The notes beneath the pieces were generated by a model, which was not told the DNA's origin, ran no database searches, and saw only the letters and a program-made list of their open reading frames with translations. Positions 9,628 through 20,331 of a stretch of 64,000 bases of DNA are shown in pieces. The position numbers and the translations under genes were made by a program. Origin of the DNA: a bacterium (GTDB lineage Bacteria > SM23-31); contig OZ252239.1 of the NCBI GenBank assembly GCA_965249485.1, positions 96,001 to 160,000 on the forward strand, in the 5' to 3' direction. The stretch's first letter is position 1. Every line of letters begins with the position of its first letter.

Positions 9628-11835
9628 TCAAGCTGATGTGTCTCTTTTGACTTGTATTCTTCGATCATGCAGTACTGGCTCTGTATAACCATTAGGCAAT
9701 TCAAGGCCCTTAAATACAAGCTCCAAAGCCGCCATGAATTCATGAGAGTCCGGATTTGCTGTCATAGGCCGGTATACTCCTTGTGCAATATCAGCAGCAT
9801 TTTGTTCGTCAACTATTGCAGCCATTCTTCCAAAAGTTTCCTTTACCTGGTCTGAATTTACAATACCGTGATGTAACCAATTTGCAATATGTTGACTTGA
9901 AATCCTTAATGTTGCCCGATCCTCCATCAAGCTTGTACCATTTATATCCGGAACCTTAGAGCAGCCAATTCCCTGGTAAACCCATCGTGAAACATAACCC
10001 AAAATTCCCTGGACATTATTTTCAAGTTCTCTCTTTATGTCTTCCGGTGTCAAATCGCCTTCAAGGAGAGGTGGAGTTAATATTTGATCAAGGTTTGGAC
10101 GTGGTTTATTTGTAATATCGTTTTGTATTTTTTTTACATCGACTGAATGATAATGCATAGCATGGATTGTAGCCGCACTCGGAGACGGCACCCAGGCAGT
10201 ATTGGCGCCTGTCTGAGGATGACCAATTTTTTGAATATACATTGCTCCTAAATCATCCGCTCTCACCCACATGCCTTTACCTATTTGACCAACACCGGGA
10301 AATCCGGTTTCCAAACCAATTTGAACATTCCATTTCTCATACGCATCAAGCCATCCGGCTTGTTTTATTTTCTCTTTAGCAAGCATAGCACCTGCGTGCA
10401 TGTTTGTATGGATTTCATCTCCGGTTCTATCCAGGAAACCTGTATTGATAAACACAACTCTATCTTTAGCAGCACGAATACACTCAAACAAATTCACAGT
10501 AGTTCTTCTCTCTTCATCCATAATACCAATTTTTATAGTGTTTCTCTCTAAACCAAAAGCATCTTCATATCGTGCAAATAACTCTACGGTGAAAGAAACC
10601 TCTTCCGGACCGTGTAACTTTGGTTTTACGATGTAAATACTGCCTGTTTTACTGTTACGATATTTTCCATTCTGTTTAAGATCGTGCAAAGCCGCTAATG
10701 TCGTTACCGCTCCATCAAGAAATCCTTCGGGAATTGATTGTCCATCCTCTGTTGTAACAGCGTCTGTATTCATATGAATTCCAACATTTCTCGCCATGAG
10801 CAGGCTTCGACCGGATAATTCAAACGTACCTTCACCAGTTTTAGAAATATATTTCCTATCCGGATTGAGTTTACGGTGTTCTGTTTTTCCCGGTGTTCTT
10901 TCGAAATCAGACACTAAATCTCCTTGTATAAGTCTGAACCAATTTCTATACGCATGTGTCTTATCATCAGCATCAACCACAGAGACAGAATCCTCGAGGT
11001 CCTGAATTGTTGTGACGGCAGATTCAAGTACAATGTCACTTACTCCGGCAGGGTCATAATCTTTTGTTCTCGGATCATTTGGATCAATCTGAATTTCAAT
11101 ATGTAACTCATTATTTTCCAACAGAATGGCGTCCAATTCGCCGTTGGCAGAATTAAGCCCATATCCTGCAAACTTGGACGAATCTTCCAGTTCAGTTTCA
11201 ACACCATCTCCGAATTCTACAACAAGTTGATCATTATTATTGACTTTTTTCAATGTATACTTTACGACATCCGCATGACTTCTTTCTTTTAGTCTAACAG
11301 CGCTATCCAAAAATGACTTGCCAAATTGTATAACTTCTTTTCCACGTTCAGGATTATATGTTCCATCAGAATGGAAAACGGCAGTACCCTCTTGAGGAAT
11401 TATATCATAGCCGTACAATGCATTATATAAACTCCCCCACCTGGCATTCGTTGCATTCGTAGCAAACCTTTCAATTGTAACCGGTACCACTAACTGTGGT
11501 CCCGGGATTCGTGCGATTTCCGGGTCAACATTTTGTGTAGAGACTTTAAAAGGCTGACCTTCATCTACCAGGTACCCAATTTCCCTTAAATCGTCTTGGG
11601 TCATTCGTTGACTTGGATGCTCTTTATACCAGGTATCAATTTTACTTTGCAAAGTATCTCTAATGACTAATAGTTCTCTGTTTCTCGGTTCTAAATCCTC
11701 TACTATTCCTTCCAGAGAAGCCCAAAAGGAATCAGCATCGATACCTGTGCCCGGTGCAATCTCATTTGCAATTAAATTATATAAAGGTTGTGCAACCCTT
11801 AATCCACCAACGTTAACATATTCCATTCTTGCCAC
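9628..11835 (-). CDS. glcB: Malate synthase G
   Basis: GPQLVVP, NARWGSLY, IQDLEDS, IVKPKLHGP, IMDEERRT, FINTGFLDRTGDE, LMEDRATLRIS motifs; 735 aa. Confidence 0.97.
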   Translation of the reverse strand: MARMEYVNVGGLRVAQPLYNLIANEIAPGTGIDADSFWASLEGIVEDLEPRNRELLVIRDTLQSKIDTWYKEHPSQRMTQDDLREIGYLVDEGQPFKVSTQNVDPEIARIPGPQLVVPVTIERFATNATNARWGSLYNALYGYDIIPQEGTAVFHSDGTYNPERGKEVIQFGKSFLDSAVRLKERSHADVVKYTLKKVNNNDQLVVEFGDGVETELEDSSKFAGYGLNSANGELDAILLENNELHIEIQIDPNDPRTKDYDPAGVSDIVLESAVTTIQDLEDSVSVVDADDKTHAYRNWFRLIQGDLVSDFERTPGKTEHRKLNPDRKYISKTGEGTFELSGRSLLMARNVGIHMNTDAVTTEDGQSIPEGFLDGAVTTLAALHDLKQNGKYRNSKTGSIYIVKPKLHGPEEVSFTVELFARYEDAFGLERNTIKIGIMDEERRTTVNLFECIRAAKDRVVFINTGFLDRTGDEIHTNMHAGAMLAKEKIKQAGWLDAYEKWNVQIGLETGFPGVGQIGKGMWVRADDLGAMYIQKIGHPQTGANTAWVPSPSAATIHAMHYHSVDVKKIQNDITNKPRPNLDQILTPPLLEGDLTPEDIKRELENNVQGILGYVSRWVYQGIGCSKVPDINGTSLMEDRATLRISSQHIANWLHHGIVNSDQVKETFGRMAAIVDEQNAADIAQGVYRPMTANPDSHEFMAALELVFKGLELPNGYTEPVLHDRRIQVKRDTSA

Positions 11836-12182
11836 CCCAACAGTTTTAGAGATTGATAAGGCAAACGTTATTTAAATTTTTTCTTGAAAGTGTACAAGTT
11901 AGATTCTCGATCAGTGACGAATTCTCAATGCTTGAAGATTGTGATTAACTTCAATAATCATAAAAAATAGGAGTTAGTAACGTTGAATAGTATTAAATTA
12001 TCCGAAAGAGTTTGACACAGAAAATTGAGAATTCTACCGGCAAGTTAACATATAATCCTGTTACTTGCAAAAAAAATAGCATGCACTGTACGTGTGTGCG
12101 AGCTTCGTCATCTGAGCTCAACGTCTACATATCGTGTATTATGTGCCCAATGTCGGTAGAAATGGCACGTTTCTAGATGATG

Positions 12183-12229
12183 ACGGGTGGCTGTTAACCA
12201 CCAGGTTGTAGATTCGAGTCTTACCTGAG
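12183..12229 (+). pseudogene. tRNA-Asn(GTT) 3'-half remnant
   Basis: Anticodon arm GGTGG-CTGTTAA-CCACC and degenerate T arm GTAGA-TTCGAGT-CTTAC followed by CTGAG; no intact D arm or acceptor 5' strand. Confidence 0.75.
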
Positions 12230-12250
12230 TACAATCTTCGATTGAATAAT

Positions 12251-12287
12251 AAAAAAGCCCTGAAGAGAAAACTTCAAGGCTTTTTTT
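12251..12287. terminator. Bidirectional intrinsic terminator
   Basis: A6-GCCCTGAAG-loop-CTTCAAGGC-T7, between the tRNA remnant and the GH130 stop codon. Confidence 0.75.
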
Positions 12288-12304
12288 AGTTTTACTCGCA
12301 CATA

Positions 12305-13774
12305 TTAAACTGCGCGCATACAGTTTAACAATTCCTTGACTTCAACAGTTGCTATACCGGAATTGATATCAGACATAGCGTAGGGTATGATCAACTTGTT
12401 ATTATGAATTAACGCACCGCAGGAATAAACAACATTGGGAACATATCCCTCCCGCTCATTCTCATGCGGGGCAAGTAATGACTCATCCAGGCGGGCGATG
12501 ACTTTTGAAGGCATTTCAAGATCAAGGAGCATGGCGCCGATGCAATATTGACGCATGGGCCCGACACCATGGGTGAGCACGATCCAGCCTTTATCGGTCT
12601 CCAATGGAGAACCGCAATTACCAACCTGGATGAATTCCCAAGGAAATTCAGGCTCCTGGATGATTTCGGACTTCTGCCAGAAATGGATATTGTCTGAAAA
12701 CATAATATGATTATTTTCACCGTCCTGACGCGAGAGCATGGCATAGCGACCGTCAATTTTCCGCGGAAAAAGCGCCATGCCCTTGTTTTGCACAGCCTTA
12801 CCGTTGAGTGTCATAACTCTAAATCTGATAAAATCCTTTGTTTTAATCAGCTGAGGGAGAAAATTAACGCCGTTATAGGCTGTATAGGTAGCATAATAGG
12901 TAATCTCACCGTTGTCATCATAAAATTGAACGAAACGGGCATCTTCAATACCGCCGCTTTCGTTTTTCGAAACAGGAAATATTACCCGTTCGGATATGCG
13001 GTGATCGGAATTGAAACTCACCTCATAATTGGAATCTGCAAGCCAGTTCATGATCTCGAAGGTCCTGTTTTGGATTGTTTCATAAAATTGCGGTTCTGCG
13101 CGAAGTATTCCAATTTTTTTTATTAGTTCATTATAAGTAAATTCTTCTGGTATCTGGTTAAGAACATAAGCAGTTATTTCATTGGCGGCCTCCATTTCGT
13201 TGAGCTTCAGCTGGAAAAGGTGCCGGTTGTAAACCCGATTTAAAAGAACATCCGGCGTTTCCACAAAATCACTGATTGGATCAAAAAGGAACTTATTGTG
13301 CTGGTCAAGGACCCCGCTGCGAAATACAATAGACGAAACATGGCCTTCACCGGTAGCACGTAGGCTCATGACAAAGCGCAAGCTGCCTTTGTTCAGATGG
13401 CTTTGATCAGGATGGAGGACGATGGCAGGATTGAATAGGGCGGCTGATTCAATGGCGTACTCTTTTGTAAAATAAGCTCCGATGAGAGCCCTTTGAACTT
13501 TGCTGAGCATTGTATCCTGGGGAAGATAACCTTTCACCTCATTGAGATGCCGCTCAAAAATGTGTCCGATGTCTTCGTGTCGTCGGGAAAAATCAAGCAT
13601 TATTTGAGTAAATAAATTTTTAGCCGCTGTTTCAGACAAGCTCATTATTCGCTGAATTATTTTAGATATGCGATACCCGTCATCGGGAAGATGCAGATTG
13701 GTGATTACCCGTGATGTATCCCCTACAATCTTAGTTGCTTTTCTTCGAACTTTCAGCCTTTGATGATTTAGCAT
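12305..13774 (-). CDS. GH130-family glycosidase/phosphorylase with N-terminal extension
   Basis: LFNPAI, IEDARF, YTAY, NKGMALFP, GYVPNVVYSCG motifs. Confidence 0.9.
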   Translation of the reverse strand: MLNHQRLKVRRKATKIVGDTSRVITNLHLPDDGYRISKIIQRIMSLSETAAKNLFTQIMLDFSRRHEDIGHIFERHLNEVKGYLPQDTMLSKVQRALIGAYFTKEYAIESAALFNPAIVLHPDQSHLNKGSLRFVMSLRATGEGHVSSIVFRSGVLDQHNKFLFDPISDFVETPDVLLNRVYNRHLFQLKLNEMEAANEITAYVLNQIPEEFTYNELIKKIGILRAEPQFYETIQNRTFEIMNWLADSNYEVSFNSDHRISERVIFPVSKNESGGIEDARFVQFYDDNGEITYYATYTAYNGVNFLPQLIKTKDFIRFRVMTLNGKAVQNKGMALFPRKIDGRYAMLSRQDGENNHIMFSDNIHFWQKSEIIQEPEFPWEFIQVGNCGSPLETDKGWIVLTHGVGPMRQYCIGAMLLDLEMPSKVIARLDESLLAPHENEREGYVPNVVYSCGALIHNNKLIIPYAMSDINSGIATVEVKELLNCMRAV

Positions 13775-13933
13775 ATCATTGTATCCTTAATGTTGATTGA
13801 AATTTAATACTCTGCATCGAAAGTCTGTTCATCAGGACAGATGTTCCATTCCAACCTATCCTCAAATGCGTATTTCGATCAGTTCATAAAACAAAGATTT
13901 GATTACTCGGTCTGCTTTCTGCCATAGGATAAT

Positions 13934-14875
13934 CTACATTGGTGGACGGGAAACCGAAAGACAAATCGATACCAGATCATCGATCACAGCCGTACCGGCG
14001 CACATGACCGTATCTGCGCCGCCCCAATATATTTTTACCGTACCGTCATCTTCAGGAACAGCGCCGCAGGTAAAGACAACATTAGGGACATAACCACTCA
14101 CTTCCCAAGGATCCTCAGGCTGCAATATCCACTGATCGGAAACGCCGATAACGTTGGCCGGATCATTAAGGTCATGCAAGGCCGCGCCGAGTCGATACAC
14201 TGTTCCGGACATCGTCTTAAAAACGCCATGGTAAATTTGAAGCCAGCCTTTGTCGGTTTTGAAGGGCGGTGCGCCAGGCCCAATTTTCATTTCATCCCAG
14301 TGATAGGCCACCGGCTTCATAATCACCCGTGAATCGCCCCAGTGCACGAGATCCGGGGAATAGGAAATCCAGATAGACCATGGTGAAATTTCGGAATGTG
14401 GTCGGTCCAGGCGTACATACCGACCACCGAACTTCACGGGGAAAATGACAACGTTACGAAGGTCGGCCTGGGTTATAAGCGCAATGCGCTCAACTTTTTC
14501 AAAATCCCTGGTGCGTGCAAGGGCAATCCGAACACCGTGACGGGAATACGCGCTATAGGTAAGCAGGTATTCGCCTTCTAAAGGGCAGATTCTAAGGTCT
14601 TCGACTCCAAACTCTTCGTATTCGGCAAAAACATTGTCCGTTGAAGGTGTTAGAAATGGTTTGGGATGAACCGTAAATGAAGAACCGTCCTCGCTGTCTG
14701 CCCTGCCAATGATGGAACGCCCGTTGAGCAGATGCGATCTGAAAAGCATAATGTAACGATCGTCATGTTTGACAATACCTGCATTATGAACCGTAGCTAC
14801 TGGATACGGCACATCCTTTTTTGTCAATATGGGATTTTTTTCAAAACGTGTTATTATTGGATTATGAGTTTTCAT
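13934..14875 (-). CDS. GH130-family mannoside phosphorylase/glycosidase
   Basis: HNAG, GVEDLRI, RNVVIFP, KIGPGAPP, VPNVVFTCG, YWGGAD motifs. Confidence 0.92.
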   Translation of the reverse strand: MKTHNPIITRFEKNPILTKKDVPYPVATVHNAGIVKHDDRYIMLFRSHLLNGRSIIGRADSEDGSSFTVHPKPFLTPSTDNVFAEYEEFGVEDLRICPLEGEYLLTYSAYSRHGVRIALARTRDFEKVERIALITQADLRNVVIFPVKFGGRYVRLDRPHSEISPWSIWISYSPDLVHWGDSRVIMKPVAYHWDEMKIGPGAPPFKTDKGWLQIYHGVFKTMSGTVYRLGAALHDLNDPANVIGVSDQWILQPEDPWEVSGYVPNVVFTCGAVPEDDGTVKIYWGGADTVMCAGTAVIDDLVSICLSVSRPPM

Positions 14876-14953
14876 AGTGGTTGTCCTATAAATTCATTTT
14901 AAAATCTTAGGCCACCGGTATCGGCAATATGTTTCAGATTTTTTGATATCGTT

Positions 14954-15973
14954 CTACAGTCTTTTAGAGTCCAGAATCATTTTATAGACTTGTATGTATT
15001 CATTGATCATACGGTCGACTGTGAAATGCCGTTCAACATGGTGACGACAGTATGCACGGTCAATCTCTTTAATACGTGCAACAGACTTAGTGGCCTCATC
15101 CACGTTGTTGACCAAAAAACCACATTTGCCGTTTTCGATAAGTTCAGACATGCTGCCCCTATCAAAGGCGATTACAGGCGTACCGCAGGTCATGGATTCG
15201 ATAACGGACAGACCGAAAGGCTCATTGAAATTTATGGGGTGCAGAAGTGCGCTTGCCCTGCCAAGCATTCGGTTGCGCTCAACTGGTCCGACGCTGCCGG
15301 CATAAATCACCTTGTCATTGTCTATGTGAGAAGCGACATATTGATCGTAGTAGGCTTGGTCTTGGATTATGCCCGCCACTATCAGCTTTTTATTGCAGGC
15401 CCTGGCGATTTCAATAGCTTCTCGGGCCCCCTTGTCATGGTGAATGCGACCAAAAAAGAGTAGGTAATCGTCCGGTTCTGGCTGGAACTCAAACTGTTTT
15501 ATATCAATGCCGTGATGAATGGTTTTGATATAATCTAGATCCGGGGACCGGTCGGCATCGCTGATGGAAACATAGAACGCTTTTCCGTTGTATTTTTTGT
15601 AAACCGGCAGAATCCCGGGCGAAGAAAAACCGTGAATAGTGGTAACGACCGGGGGGGCGATAAAGCCGGTATAGGTCAAGGGTAAAAAGTCAAAATTGTT
15701 ATGAATAATATCAAAACCTTCAGCATGCTCAAAAAGTTCTGAAATGTGCAGGCATTCCCAAACTTTTGGTATCATAGAGCTATCTTCTTCATAGCCCCGC
15801 GGGCAAATCGCATGTAGTGTGCCGCTGGTTTGCGAATCCGCGGTTGCAAACAAGGTTACATCATGACCGCACGATACCAGCCCCTCGGTTAAAAGGGAGG
15901 CCACGTTTTCCCATGGCCCATAATGTCGCGGCGGTGTGCGCCAGGCAATGGGCGAGAGCATGGCAATGTTCAT
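14954..15973 (-). CDS. Glycosyltransferase family 4
   Basis: PPRHYGPWE, FGRI..DKG, EPFGLSVIESM.CGTPVI. Confidence 0.93.
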   Translation of the reverse strand: MNIAMLSPIAWRTPPRHYGPWENVASLLTEGLVSCGHDVTLFATADSQTSGTLHAICPRGYEEDSSMIPKVWECLHISELFEHAEGFDIIHNNFDFLPLTYTGFIAPPVVTTIHGFSSPGILPVYKKYNGKAFYVSISDADRSPDLDYIKTIHHGIDIKQFEFQPEPDDYLLFFGRIHHDKGAREAIEIARACNKKLIVAGIIQDQAYYDQYVASHIDNDKVIYAGSVGPVERNRMLGRASALLHPINFNEPFGLSVIESMTCGTPVIAFDRGSMSELIENGKCGFLVNNVDEATKSVARIKEIDRAYCRHHVERHFTVDRMINEYIQVYKMILDSKRL

Positions 15974-15981
15974 GAATGATC

Positions 15982-18294
15982 CTATTGTAAATTGGTTTTC
16001 GATGACGACGGCTGGTTTAAAATCTCTTCGGTATAAAGCTTTTGCAATGTCATCAACGAAATCAGCCAGGTAAGGGATGACTCGGCACCTTCATTCTGGT
16101 TAATTCCATCAGCCATCAGCCCGTCTCTACAACCGCCGGTCTTGGGATCATAGAGCGGCATATTCAGGTCATTGTGTCCGAGAAACCAGTTAAAGCACAT
16201 GACAGCATTCTCAAACCATGTTTGGTCCCGGGTAACTTTAAAGGCTTCAACACAGGCCTCAATCATGGCATTAGCCTCGATGGGCTGCTGATCGAAACGG
16301 GCCTTGGGGCCGCCTTGTTTATACCATCCCTGATTGCCAATAGGCACAAAGTGGCCTTTTTCAGTCTGGATAGTGAGCAGCCACTTGAGAGATCTGAGTC
16401 CCATATCGATCATATCGCTACGTTGTATCCATTGGCCGGATAGGATCAGGGCATGAGGCATCTTGCCGTTCGCATAATTCAAACTGTTTTCAAGCCAGGG
16501 CCAGCTTTTCGTTGCATTGTTCTTGAACTGATTGAAAAGCCTGTCGGCAAGAACTTCCCGGATCCTGCGCACATCACTGTCACCAGCAAATTTAAACAGA
16601 TAGCCATGAATTCCAACTAGGGTAAAAGCGATGGCGCGGGGCGATTTAAAGTGCTCGGCAGCATTCAGTGCCTGGTTGAAGAGGGTTGTGCTCATTGCAA
16701 GATGACCGGGATCGTCAAGAAAAGTCACTGCTGTACCAAGGCACCAGAGTGCTCTGCCATGCGCATCCTCGGACCCGACCTCCTCCATCCACTTCCGCGA
16801 ATAAGTCATAAAATTGCGAAAGCGCCCATTTTTTTCATTATAAGCATACAGAAGAAATCCGAGATAATGACCGCTGAAAAAATCAAGTCCAAATCCGTTT
16901 GTTGGCAGTTGTTTTTGACCCATAGCGGCAACCAGTAGCGCTCTTGCATTATCATCTGTGCAGTAGCCGTGAGTGCGATTGGGAATGGTATAGTTGGCAT
17001 GTTGCAAGATGCCGGTATCATCAGTAAAGGCTTTCAGGTGATCGAGTTTGATCTCCGGGAGCTCGAAATTCGTGATAGCTTTGATGTTTTCAATATAATA
17101 GTGTCGGGGACGGGGATTCCGGGTCCTGTTCAGCTGAACCTCTCTGAAAACCTGGAGATATTTTCGGGATACTTCCTTCCAAACTGCGTCGCGGCTGAAC
17201 ATATAGGCTTTTTTACGCATGGCGTGCCGATCAACATCGTTGTCAAGAAGGTCGATGATTTGTTCCGCCATGGTTTCCGGATTGTTGAAGGGCACAATCC
17301 GGCCCCGGTCTTCGGTAAGCATCTCGGTGGCATACCAGTACGGGGTTGAAATGACGGCTTTACCTGTGCCCAAGGCATAGGCGAGGGTCCCGGAGGTAAT
17401 CTGGGCTTCTTCAAGATAAGGAGTTACGTAGATATCGGCGATGCCGAGATACTCACATAACTCTTTTAGTTCAACAAATCGATTTTGAAAAATGACTTGC
17501 TCGCCGATATCGAGTTTGTGCACGAGCTGCTGCAGCATGATACGGTATACATCCCCATGTAAATTCAAAATATGCGGATGTGTTGCACCCAGAATAATAT
17601 AGACCACATCAGGGTGTTTTTTAATGACCTTCGGAAGCGCTTGCAATACATTTTCAATGCCCTTATTTGGGGAAAGCAAGCCGAATGTGAGCAGAACCTT
17701 TTTTCCTTCTACGCCGAACTTGTCTTTGTTGAAGCTTGGATCAATAAAAGGCGTATCCGGAATGCCGTGATGGATAAAGACAATTTTATCCTCGGGCACG
17801 GCGTAGATATCTTTGAGGAAATCACATGCCTTACTGCTCATCACGACCAGTTTGTCAGACAAATCGGAAAGCTTGCACATGACTTCACGATACTCCGGCG
17901 CAGGGTTCTCCAAAACCGTATGTAACGTAGTCACCACCGGCATACGCAGATCACTCAATAGTTTCAGCAGATGGCTGCCGGCCGGACCGCCGAAAAGACC
18001 GTATTCATGCTGCACGCAGACAATATCTGTTTGGCTGATATTGAGAAATTGAGATGCGACACTGTAATCGGTCAACTTGTTCTGGTTGATCTCAAATCGC
18101 ACATTCTCTGGATATGGATAACCGTCAGGTTTGTCATTCATGGCCGCCACCCAGCAGTTAATATCGGGGGCTTCAGCTGATATTCCTTCAACCAGATCTG
18201 TGGTGAAGGTTGCGATACCGCACTGGCGGGGCAGATAGTTACCGATTACGGCAACCGATTTGATTCCCTCATAATACTTAATAACAGATGTCAT
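15982..18294 (-). CDS. GT4 glycosyltransferase fused to a C-terminal helical (six-hairpin-like) domain
   Basis: PRQCGIATF, QHEYG, FGLLSPNKG, QITSGTL; C-terminal GYCTDDNARAL, FDQQP, NEGAES. Confidence 0.9.
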   Translation of the reverse strand: MTSVIKYYEGIKSVAVIGNYLPRQCGIATFTTDLVEGISAEAPDINCWVAAMNDKPDGYPYPENVRFEINQNKLTDYSVASQFLNISQTDIVCVQHEYGLFGGPAGSHLLKLLSDLRMPVVTTLHTVLENPAPEYREVMCKLSDLSDKLVVMSSKACDFLKDIYAVPEDKIVFIHHGIPDTPFIDPSFNKDKFGVEGKKVLLTFGLLSPNKGIENVLQALPKVIKKHPDVVYIILGATHPHILNLHGDVYRIMLQQLVHKLDIGEQVIFQNRFVELKELCEYLGIADIYVTPYLEEAQITSGTLAYALGTGKAVISTPYWYATEMLTEDRGRIVPFNNPETMAEQIIDLLDNDVDRHAMRKKAYMFSRDAVWKEVSRKYLQVFREVQLNRTRNPRPRHYYIENIKAITNFELPEIKLDHLKAFTDDTGILQHANYTIPNRTHGYCTDDNARALLVAAMGQKQLPTNGFGLDFFSGHYLGFLLYAYNEKNGRFRNFMTYSRKWMEEVGSEDAHGRALWCLGTAVTFLDDPGHLAMSTTLFNQALNAAEHFKSPRAIAFTLVGIHGYLFKFAGDSDVRRIREVLADRLFNQFKNNATKSWPWLENSLNYANGKMPHALILSGQWIQRSDMIDMGLRSLKWLLTIQTEKGHFVPIGNQGWYKQGGPKARFDQQPIEANAMIEACVEAFKVTRDQTWFENAVMCFNWFLGHNDLNMPLYDPKTGGCRDGLMADGINQNEGAESSLTWLISLMTLQKLYTEEILNQPSSSKTNLQ

Positions 18295-18963
18295 AACCGC
18301 TACCTTTTCACTTCTGATTCTTAACCAATGCAGTATAGTTGATATACCCTATATCAACTCTCCGATCTCTGAAATAGATTTGCATGGTTTCTTAACTTAT
18401 TATGCCAATTTAACATATGAACCTTCCAATTCAAACAAGAAACCTCTCTTTGGGAAAGTGACATACTCGCAGGCTTCGTCTCCTGAGCACGAATTCGACA
18501 TGTCGTGTATCTTATATCCAGTTCGGAAGGAGCAGGTATAACCGCTATAGATATAAAGACGGCGGTAATTATGAGTGAAACATGGATACAGAATCCATGT
18601 TTCACTTTTTTTGATAATCAAAAATTTGAATAACCGATAAGAACCCTAAATTGCTATATAATTTCCAATTATATCTTTACATCCGGAAAGAACAGAAATT
18701 GCATTCGAATAGTAAATGTTGTTATTTCCATTTGTAATCACCGTTTATCTATTTCCGTTTTGTATTCAGGTTTTTCCAATTTTATGAGGGAGTGTTGGGG
18801 TATGTATATATATCGAACGTTTGCAATTGACTGGGTCATATGTTAACTTGATATCATAATTAAAAAATCCATATTAATCTCTTTTCCAAATATTTCTATG
18901 CGGAATACCGGTTAATAAAGCATTTAACACTGTTGAACATCCCACAAATAACAAGGATTTTAA

Positions 18964-20286
18964 ATGACAAAAACAAAACTGTATTTGATTGTTTTATTAA
19001 TAACCTCCTCATTTGCCGGAAACATTTCATTTGCTCAGGATATCAGAATCGGTAATGTTCAAGATATAAAAAATGTATTACCTGAGAAAATTCGATGGGA
19101 GTTAACAAGAAAATGGGCACAATGGAGAATTGAAAACCTTCTGCCGGGGATGATGACCCGAGCAGGTATCGATATGTGGATAATCATTGACCGTGAGAAC
19201 AATGTTGATCCTGTATCGGCTTCAATTCTCGGTGAACGAACGAACATGTTCGGCGTAGGGTTTATGGCAATTGCAAATAAAGGTAATCGGGTTGAATTAT
19301 TAGATGCAGGTTTTCGTAATATTTTGAGGATTGTTGAGCAGAACGATCCTCAGACAATTGGTATAAATACATCTGAAATCTGGAATAGCGGTGATGGATT
19401 ATCTGCTGCGATGAATACAAGACTGGAAAATGCGCTTGGTCAGTATGCATCACGGTTGGTATCCGCGCAAGACCTCAGCAATGAATGGTTGGAGACAAAA
19501 AGCCCTCAGGAATTAAGTGCGTACCGTTATATCGGTGGAATCGGCCACGATATTATAGCCCAAGCATTCTCTAATAAAATGATTATCCCCAATGTGACTA
19601 CCACAAACGATGTTACCTGGTGGATCCGGCAGAAAATCAGAGACATCGGTGTTGATAATTCCTTCTTTCCCACGGTAGTGCTACAAAGAAGTATTAAAGA
19701 ACGTGAGAAATATGACGATCCTGACGACGATTTTCGGATTGATGTTGCGCCACGTAGATTGATTAATACCGTAATAAGGCGGGGAGATGTAATCAGCGCA
19801 GACTGGGGAATAGAATATCTTGGACTTGTGAGTGATATGCAAGCTGTTGCCTATGTATTAAAAAATCATGAAAATGACGTCCCGGAAGGGCTCAAAGATG
19901 CACTGCGAAAAGCAAACCGGTTGCAGGAAATATTTTTGGGTGAATTCAAGGAAGGTCTGACTGGAAACGAGGTCTGGTTAAACGCTATACGTAAAACTCA
20001 AGCTGAGGGATTAAGGTCGAATATATATACTCATCCTATCGGATTTCACGGTCACAGCGGCGGCCCTTCATTAGGCTCGGGTGGCACACCGTTTGAACCC
20101 CTTGTAAGAGGTGACTATCCAATGCATTTTAATACAGTTTATTCGATAGAGTTGGATAATTCTTATTCCGTACCGGAGTGGGATGGTCAGGATGTCATCA
20201 TTATATTAGAGGACGAAGCTGCTTTTACTGAAGATGGCGCTTACTTCGTTGACGGACACCAGACAGAATGGTACGTAATAAAATAG
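18964..20286 (+). CDS. Secreted M24 Xaa-Pro aminopeptidase-like protein with full metal-ligand set
   Basis: Signal peptide; DWG...SD, THPIGFHGH, SIE and LEDE supply the D, D, H, E, E ligands. Confidence 0.88.
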   Translation: MTKTKLYLIVLLITSSFAGNISFAQDIRIGNVQDIKNVLPEKIRWELTRKWAQWRIENLLPGMMTRAGIDMWIIIDRENNVDPVSASILGERTNMFGVGFMAIANKGNRVELLDAGFRNILRIVEQNDPQTIGINTSEIWNSGDGLSAAMNTRLENALGQYASRLVSAQDLSNEWLETKSPQELSAYRYIGGIGHDIIAQAFSNKMIIPNVTTTNDVTWWIRQKIRDIGVDNSFFPTVVLQRSIKEREKYDDPDDDFRIDVAPRRLINTVIRRGDVISADWGIEYLGLVSDMQAVAYVLKNHENDVPEGLKDALRKANRLQEIFLGEFKEGLTGNEVWLNAIRKTQAEGLRSNIYTHPIGFHGHSGGPSLGSGGTPFEPLVRGDYPMHFNTVYSIELDNSYSVPEWDGQDVIIILEDEAAFTEDGAYFVDGHQTEWYVIK

Positions 20287-20304
20287 TAGTTTAACTGTTC
20301 CAAT

Positions 20305-20331
20305 TCCTCAGGTTGTACGAATAGCGAACCT
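20305..20331. repeat. Junction repeat family A, copy 2
   Basis: TCCTCAGGTTGTACGAATAGCGAACCT abuts the stop codon of 20331..21740. Confidence 0.75.

Noticed and set aside
12085..12115. Possible degenerate family B core (TGTACGTGTGTGCGAGCTTCG)
   Set aside because: Too diverged to count without a profile search.
18354..18621. Overlapping short ORFs upstream of the GT4 cluster
   Set aside because: No recognisable family or RBS; probably spurious or a decayed fragment.
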